A stretch of 61,791 bases of DNA from Nemertoderma westbladi (taxonomy: Eukaryota; Animalia; Xenacoelomorpha). The position numbers and the translations under genes are program-made. Of this stretch, positions 55,334 through 61,791 are shown in pieces. The stretch lies in contig JAUCBJ010004045.1 of assembly GCA_032718475.1 (NCBI GenBank), forward strand, positions 1 through 61,791, read 5' to 3'. Positions within the stretch are counted from its first letter, which is position 1; the number at the start of each line of letters is the position of its first letter. The notes beneath the pieces are model-generated. The model was not told the origin of the DNA, ran no database searches, and saw only the letters and a list, made by a program, of their open reading frames with translations.

Positions 55334-55520
55334 ATGGGAGGCCATGAGGAGGTAAATTGCGGACATACAAGGTATCAGATAGTATTTCCAGGTCTATCTT
55401 TTACCTGAGCCGCTAGCTGAATGGTTAGAGCGTCAGACTTCCAACCCGGAGGTCACCAGTTCGATCCCACCTGGACGTCAGTGCCGACTTTGCAAAAGCT
55501 GTGCCCAACAAAAATTTATA
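55334..55520 (+). mobile_element. tRNA-containing short repeat, family B copy 2
   Basis: Flanked by the direct repeat ATGATTGTACAG (55322-55333, 55521-55532); tRNA-like module at 55407-55480 preceded by a ~73-nt leader shared with copy 1. Confidence 0.8.
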
Positions 55521-55819
55521 ATGATTGTACAGTCACAGATAGATAGGGCAGTACGGCTGTGACCGTACATACTCTATCAGTGTCAGGGGCTCGAGAAACT
55601 GTACTAGGCAAACTGTATAAATATCATAATAGTTTCGAGAGCGTTATTAGTAAGGCCATGGCTTCTGTACAGTATCGTTGCCACAATACATACATATATA
55701 TAATTTCAATGCATATATACAAACAAAACTCTTAATCCTCCAAATAATGGAGGTATCTCCAAAAGGTAAAGCCCCCCCTCGTAAAACCATAAATTTACAC
55801 TGATAATCAAAACTTTCGT

Positions 55820-55940
55820 AAAAAATTAAAATTAATATCTAATTAATAAAATTAATTAAATAATTAATTAACTAATAACTAATTAACTAATTAATTAATT
55901 AACTAATTACTAATTAATTAATAACTAATTAAATATTAAT
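55820..55940. repeat. (TAAT/TAAC)n low-complexity tract
   Basis: Direct inspection. Confidence 0.8.
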
Positions 55941-56214
55941 ATCTGAAAATCAATGCCTATAGGATGGATTCAACCTCGGTTGCGGAGATTAGCGCTTTTT
56001 ATGTGAAGAACAATTTGCAATGTGTAATTTATTAGGTTGTTTACGTTATTTCAAATAACCTAAAATTGCTATAATAAATTTCAGAAATACGAATGAATAG
56101 AGCAAAGTCCGTTGCTTTATACAGTATATTTAATATGGTGCCCGAAAAAATATGAGTTCAAGTTCAACCGGTCCAGCCCCCATATTGGTACATGTCTCTC
56201 TATAGTAGTGATAT

Positions 56215-56350
56215 GATCTTAAAGTATGCTCTGGTGAACTTGAGTAGGCATTTGAGAAAAGTCATTGGCTGTCCACCACGCATATTCTCACCAGCAGGCG
56301 GTCACAGCTCAAGGTTGTGTGCAGGTTGATCTTGAGGGCGAAAACAGATG
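56215..56350 (-). pseudogene. Small diverged RTE 3' fragment
   Basis: Minus strand CFRPQDQPAHNLEL*PPAGENMRGGQPMTFLKCLLK is homologous to the RTE C-terminus of copies A-C. Confidence 0.65.
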
Positions 56351-57191
56351 TTTGATGTTTGTCGTTGGCTGGAATGATTTAAAGGAACTAGCGAGTGCTC
56401 ATCTCTGACTCGCATCCTTAAATGGCCACTAAATGAGTAGCAGTTTCATCGGAAGTTATAGTTTTGGGGGACCACACTGGAAATAAATCGTCAAACTTTG
56501 TAAGTAATACTTGATGTGGCCAGATAAAAAATTACTTTTTATTTTACTATTTTAATATGGAAACTTAATATTTTCAATACAATCATTACGGTTTGGGATC
56601 ATTTAACAATTAGTCATTACTTATAAATCTATAGGGGATTTCCTACTCACATACCCACTCCCCCGGGTATATGAGATACATATCACACACACATTCACAT
56701 AGGTATGAATTATCAACTGATATTTTTACACCCATGCTACCCAATATGCATCCATCATACTGTACGTACAGTACAATTATAATGAACTGACAAATCCTTT
56801 AATGCACTCTTTTGTCTGTTATAGTATAAGAACAGTTCTAACCTGGACAATTTCTACATATTATATACATATATATTAATTAAATAATGAAAGTAGTGGT
56901 ATATATATAATTGACAAAGCATCGATAAAGTCAAGCTAAACACAATATGCATCTTTAAAATTATTCTAAAATTGTGTCGTATAATAAAAAAAAGGCGTTA
57001 AAAAAATATATGAAAAATTGTTTTAATAAAATTAAGTACACATGAAAATATTTATATTACCACCCCGTATCAAAATCCTTAGCGTGTTGTATATTAATGC
57101 TTGGTGTTTTCGTATGTATGTATATCGATTGTGCTATTATACGATCTGGCCTGTCTTCTTTACATTGCCGTAGAGTTAGTGCTTGAACTTG

Positions 57192-57557
57192 GGTTCATTG
57201 TGTCAAGTACAATGCACACATCTCCTACCAGACACTATATAACATTGGAGGTGTCTCATTGGTTCCCCCAAGCTTGACACTAGAACAAAATCGCCTCCGC
57301 TTTGCAGGACATTGCTTTCGCCGTGAGGACCAGCCAGTGCATAATCTTGTACTTTGGCAGCCTCATGGAGTGAATAAGCATGGTGGACAGCCCATGACTT
57401 TCTTGAGACGCATCTTAAAGGACACTGGCCTTGAAGATGCGGATGATCTAGCAAATGTCATGGGTGATAGGGAGTTGTGGCGGTGCAACTTTGTCGATAA
57501 GCCGGCACAGCATTCTTAAAAATGCAGCTGCAATGCAGCATGCCGATCCTAGTAGTA
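57192..57557 (+). mobile_element. RTE-clade LINE 3' fragment, copy C (in globin intron 1)
   Basis: Near-identical to 44010-44375, including the 3' UTR and TAG tail. Confidence 0.92.
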
Positions 57558-57954
57558 CTTGAAATGGATTTGTGTTTAGACTACTTGGGTGCTCCGAAAG
57601 GTAATGTGATGCCATACTACTACTAGAAGTGTTTCCTGTTCTAACTGAATTACTATGTTTCATTGTCCTATCCCTAACCCTAAGATATGATTCGCCAATG
57701 AATGTTTCGCTCCACATATTACATTTAACTATGTTCTTCTTAATGCAAAGTTGCATGTATAACATGTCTTGTTGGGGGGAGCGGGGCATTTGGGTTGATT
57801 TATGTTAGATCGTGTTAGAGTATTTTTTAAGTTTGGGCCGGGATTTAAAACTAATCTAATTAAAAAATTAATGTGGTACCTCATTAGCAAAAATCAGCTC
57901 TACAGGGCTTAAAACTAGCCCGCTATTGCCAGGATGACCAGCCTGTTCTGTTCA

Positions 57955-59260
57955 ATAGGCCAGTTCATATATCGTATTTGGATTCCGATTTGGATTTGGA
58001 TTGGATTCGTATTCGTATTCGGTTTTGGATTTGGATTGAGGTTCAGACTAGGAAGGATGGTTCTGTGGTATCAATAACAAATACAGTAATTTATTAATGT
58101 ATCTTACTAAATAATGATTTAAATTTAAGGGGTTTGTAATAAATAATGATTTAATTTTAAAGGGTATATTTTTCTAAATCTATTAAGAAGAAAATTAAAA
58201 AATTGAATTTATAATTTTATGTGTTACTTTGGGTCAACCTCAACAGTTATGTTATCTGAGAGTCGGTATCGGTTCTTACTGTAAAAATATTTGTTTGTTT
58301 GTTGTTTTACTACTCATAAACAACAAAACTTACCACTTTGAACGAAATGTAATTTTAATCACATACTGTATGTCAGTATGTACAGTATCTACCGGGAGTG
58401 GAAGGTTTAGTGTTTTAAATATACTTTTAGTTTATTTTGAACATTAAAAGGGCCTAATGTACAGTACTTTTCCAGTAAATATTACTGGCAGCTCACTTAA
58501 TTAATACAGGTTCCAAGCAAGGCCTACTGTATTTATTATAGTACAGTAGGACGTGCTACAAGTACCAGTACTGTAGTACCTGCATGCATTACTGGTCTTT
58601 GGTGTGATTTTGTACTATTTACTTTCACTTTAGAATTGGCAGGAATTGCTACCATTTACTGAAAGCCTATCTATGGTGCATGCAGTTTCCAGTGTTACTG
58701 TTTATTAAATTAAATTATTATAAATAATTATAAACTGTACCGTAGTTATTAAACATTGTATCTTTCAAACATGTCGGCTGCAACACTGAAGCGAAAATTA
58801 TTAACCATTTCAGAATCGGTAGAGTTACTGAATATAGTTATTCAAAATACAGAAGAAAAGCCCAGGAAAACACAGGTCCTAACAGAACATTACGCCTGAA
58901 ACTATGCAATGAACATCCATTTTCAGAATTACGCAACAAAGCAGGACGCACAAACATACAGTTGTTCACGCGTTTTGACAACATCATGAAAGAATATCGC
59001 CGTAAATTAGTGTCTGTCAGCGCGACAGGGGCAGGTGAGGGAGGTCTCGATGAAAATGACGATAAGTACGAACTCTCAATATATGGAAGTGAGAAGCTAT
59101 TCGATTATTAGATTATTAAAATTAAATCATTATTTAGTAAGATACATTAATAAATTACTGTATTTATTATTGATACATCAGAACCAACCTTCCGAGTCTG
59201 AACCTCAATCCAAATCCGAATCTCAATCCAAATCTAAATCCGATATATGAACTGGCCTAT
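57955..59260. mobile_element. Non-autonomous DNA transposon with ~150-170-bp TIRs carrying a Myb/SANT-like fragment
   Basis: ATAGGCCAGTTCATATATC...GATATATGAACTGGCCTAT, flanked on both sides by TGTTCA; inverted arms 57955-58127 and 59117-59260; internal + strand reading GRTNIQLFTRFDNIMKEYRRKLVSVSATGAG. Confidence 0.75.
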
Positions 59261-60314
59261 TGTTCATGAGCTTGTACTATGGCAACCTGTGTTTGGTAGT
59301 GAAACGTGATAAAAATCGAACATAAGTGCAGCGCACTGGCCACACCAGTGCTACTCCTAAATTATATAAACATACTGCTGTGTAATAAACTCCATGACCT
59401 TTCCTACCCGACACCACCTGGATTTTTAATCTCAAGTAATGTAAAGTAATTACTGTAAATACTGACGTAGCATGCATAAGTAATTATCAAAGATCACCTT
59501 GTAATGAATCATTTTTACCATGTAATATCTGCACTGCACATCCGTTAGGCATCGAAAATAAATTATAGAGCATATAACTACTGCTGCTACTAGGTCAAGC
59601 GAGCGAGCTCAGACAGTGGAAATGAGATCCTTCCAGCCTTCCCCAAGTCCAGTAAATAATGCAAAGACAATAATAATGTATAGAAATACAGACAAATTCC
59701 AATTTAAATGCGAATTATTCCCATTAAGGCTAACACCTCATCGAAATAATGAGGTAATTTATGAATGTCTACAAAGGGATAATTTTTTTAGGAAACAAGT
59801 CGTAACCAACCACAAACTACATCACATTCTGATGATCACATGATCTCTTCTGCAATTATACCAACGTGGTGTCTGCACATTGTCCGATGTTGTTTTGGCA
59901 CATTGTCGAGTGTTGTGTCGTCTTGGCATAGTTATGGCGTTGTGTAGTTGTGTTGTGTCGACACAATGAAGTGAAGGATACCCAACCAAGAATTGTTGGA
60001 AATAATTTATTATATCATGGAAAGTAGCATGTTAATTCTGCGATACGTTTATACTGATGGAAAGGTATAGTGGTGAGGAATCCGGAACAAAAAAGAAGAG
60101 AAAATAAGAAAACAAAAAGAGAAAATTGAAAATAAGAAAACAAAATAGGCAGGTTTAGCAGTTGCTAAACATGCCATTTTAGAGGGCCCACTTCTAAAAG
60201 AAATTCACTGATAAAAAACTGATAAAACAATAATAATTTAGAATACTCACAGCCTATTTCGATATATTATATTTAATTAATACAGTACCGGTACCTACTT
60301 GCTATAAATATTCG

Positions 60315-60800
60315 ATGGCTTCTCGTCGTATTTTGTTGTTTGAGCTGCGTCAAAGGGACAATGCAAAGAAGAGGAGAGTTTTAGAAGGATTAGACTGCTC
60401 GAACACTACCGTGACATAAAGTTCTATCAAAGATACCGTTTTGACCCGTTCGAACACTACATTGGCATAAAGTTCTATCAAAGATACCGTTTTGACCCGT
60501 TCGAACACTACAGTGGCATAGAGTTATAAGATACCGTTTTGACCCGTTCGAACACTACAGTGGCATAGAGTTATATCAAAGATACCGTTTTGACCCATTC
60601 GAACACTACAGTGGCATAGAGTTCCATCAAAGATACCGTTTTGACAAAGTGAGCGTGGGTTTTTTACTGGAAGAGTTCGGATACTACTGTTATTCCATTA
60701 TCGAGTGAGATCAGTTAGTGGGAGTGCTTTGTGAGATGGAGAGGGGGGTAAACTGGCACTAACTTAAGTTTTAGTTTTAGTGGAGCTTGGTGCAACCGGC
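60315..60800 (+). mobile_element. Harbinger remnant (transposase N-terminus and right TIR-like end)
   Basis: MASRRILLFELRQR...LLEHYRDIKFYQRYRFD...VGFLLEEFG resembles the HARBI1 N-terminal F..RYRF motif; ends ACTTAAGT...GTGCAACCGG like the 10214-11771 TIR. Confidence 0.55.
60399..60646. repeat. Tandem repeat of about five ~46-52-bp units
   Basis: TCGAACACTAC.GTGGCATA.AGTT.TATCAAAGATACCGTTTTGACCCGT repeated head to tail. Confidence 0.9.
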
Positions 60801-61180
60801 TGCTGTTGCTGGTGTTGGGTTTGCATTCAATACAACACTAGGAATGTATTTGACACTGTTAGAAGGAAACTTGTTGGTCTTGTTTGAAGGCCCTGGGCTA
60901 TTTATAGTATAACTCAGGCAAAACTCATTATAAACCCTATATATGTGGCTGAAATGTATCATGATTCCAAGCCGCACGCAGAATGATAAGGAAATGTGCA
61001 TTAGTAAATGCATGAAGCCATTTATTAGTGTCTGAGTGAACTAGCAATCTCTGAAAATCGTTGGCCATAAACCAATCTGGCAAGAACAATGACTGCTAAC
61101 TTATGTTGCCTCGTCACTTAGAACAACTCCGTGATCACATTTGGAAACAATGTGGATAATTATTCCATTATGATTTTCAG

Positions 61181-61409
61181 ATTATTCCGAATTCGTCCCG
61201 ATTTAAAGCCGCTGTGGCCGTTCACAGAAGAAGATATACCCGATATCGAATATACCAGAGATTCAGCATTTATGCGTCACGCTAGTTATATAACCTGCGC
61301 CTTATCTGTGTGTATAGAACATATGGATGAACCGAGTGTATTACTGCCCCTATTGATAAATCTTGGATCTAAGCACTGCATCAAGGGGGTCAGGGACAAC
61401 TATTATAAG
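61181..61409 (+). CDS. Globin, coding exon 2 (B13-G6, heme-binding core)
   Basis: Acceptor ttttcag|A completes the split Lys codon; LFRIRPDLKPLWPF...FMRHA (E7 His)...LINLGSKH (F8 His)...GVRDNYYK; donor AAG|GTTTGA in phase 0 at G7. Confidence 0.9.
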
Positions 61410-61709
61410 GTTTGATATAGTAGTATATTTTATGTGTGGGTTCTTAGATTCTGTTTGACTTGTTTTGGTTTCTTTCTACATTTATTTTCTCCTTTGTTAA
61501 TTAATCTATAATATGCCAGAGTTATACTACTTATTATATGTATAAAAAATAGCATTAACTAAATGTAATACGTACATATATTTTACTGACTTCTTACCTA
61601 TAGGACACATACTTACTTATGGGACAAAATTAGGCTATTTAATAAATATATTTAAAAAATATATTTGAAGCATATTATGTTACTGTATCGATATTTAAAT
61701 TCTATGCAG

Positions 61710-61791
61710 CACATCCGTGAGTCATTGTTATATTGTATCAGCAAAATAATGGGACGACATTATAATGATGAAATACAAAGGGCTTTCTGGA
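61710..61791 (+). CDS. Globin, coding exon 3 (G and H helices; runs off the window)
   Basis: Acceptor atgcag|CAC in phase 0; HIRESLLYCISKIMGRHYNDEIQRAFW fits the ..E.LL......G....E...AW globin G-H pattern; intron 2 is 300 bp. Confidence 0.75.

Noticed and set aside
55407-55480. Functional tRNA gene (also 22870-22942, 9315-9388, 54250-54323)
   Set aside because: A and B boxes are present, but the acceptor and anticodon stems do not pair properly and the sequences sit inside dispersed repeats with tails or TSDs.
60399-60646. CRISPR array
   Set aside because: Units are contiguous with no unique spacers, no cas genes are present, and the context is eukaryotic.
61131-61180. N-terminus of the 94-aa ORF as the real globin start
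   Set aside because: It has a GTG start and no A helix; the segment ends in a strong ttttcag acceptor and is intronic.

Overview
AT-rich, repeat-dense eukaryotic (invertebrate metazoan-type) DNA, not a prokaryotic locus. Most ORFs in the six-frame track are spurious or decayed transposon fragments. The one convincing intact host gene is a spliced globin on the + strand at the right end. Its coding exons are 54447-54634, 61181-61409 and 61710 to the window end. It has an MGCxxSK dual-acylation N-terminus, introns at the classical B12.2 and G7.0 positions, both E7 and F8 His, and Trp in place of the near-invariant CD1 Phe. The rest is a nested transposon graveyard: hAT, PIF/Harbinger and piggyBac MITEs with readable TIRs and TSDs; decayed EnSpm-like, Sola2-like, piggyBac, hAT and Harbinger transposases; RTE and CRE-like LINEs; BEL/Pao and other LTR remnants; and two tRNA-related short repeats. 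Also present are a ~625-bp tandem array with ABAB higher-order structure, a ~7-kb inverted-repeat structure enclosing a HECT-ligase relic, and decayed PWWP, PHD and Myb/SANT cargo domains. All family assignments come from motif recognition by eye; no database searches were run. Boundaries of decayed elements are approximate.
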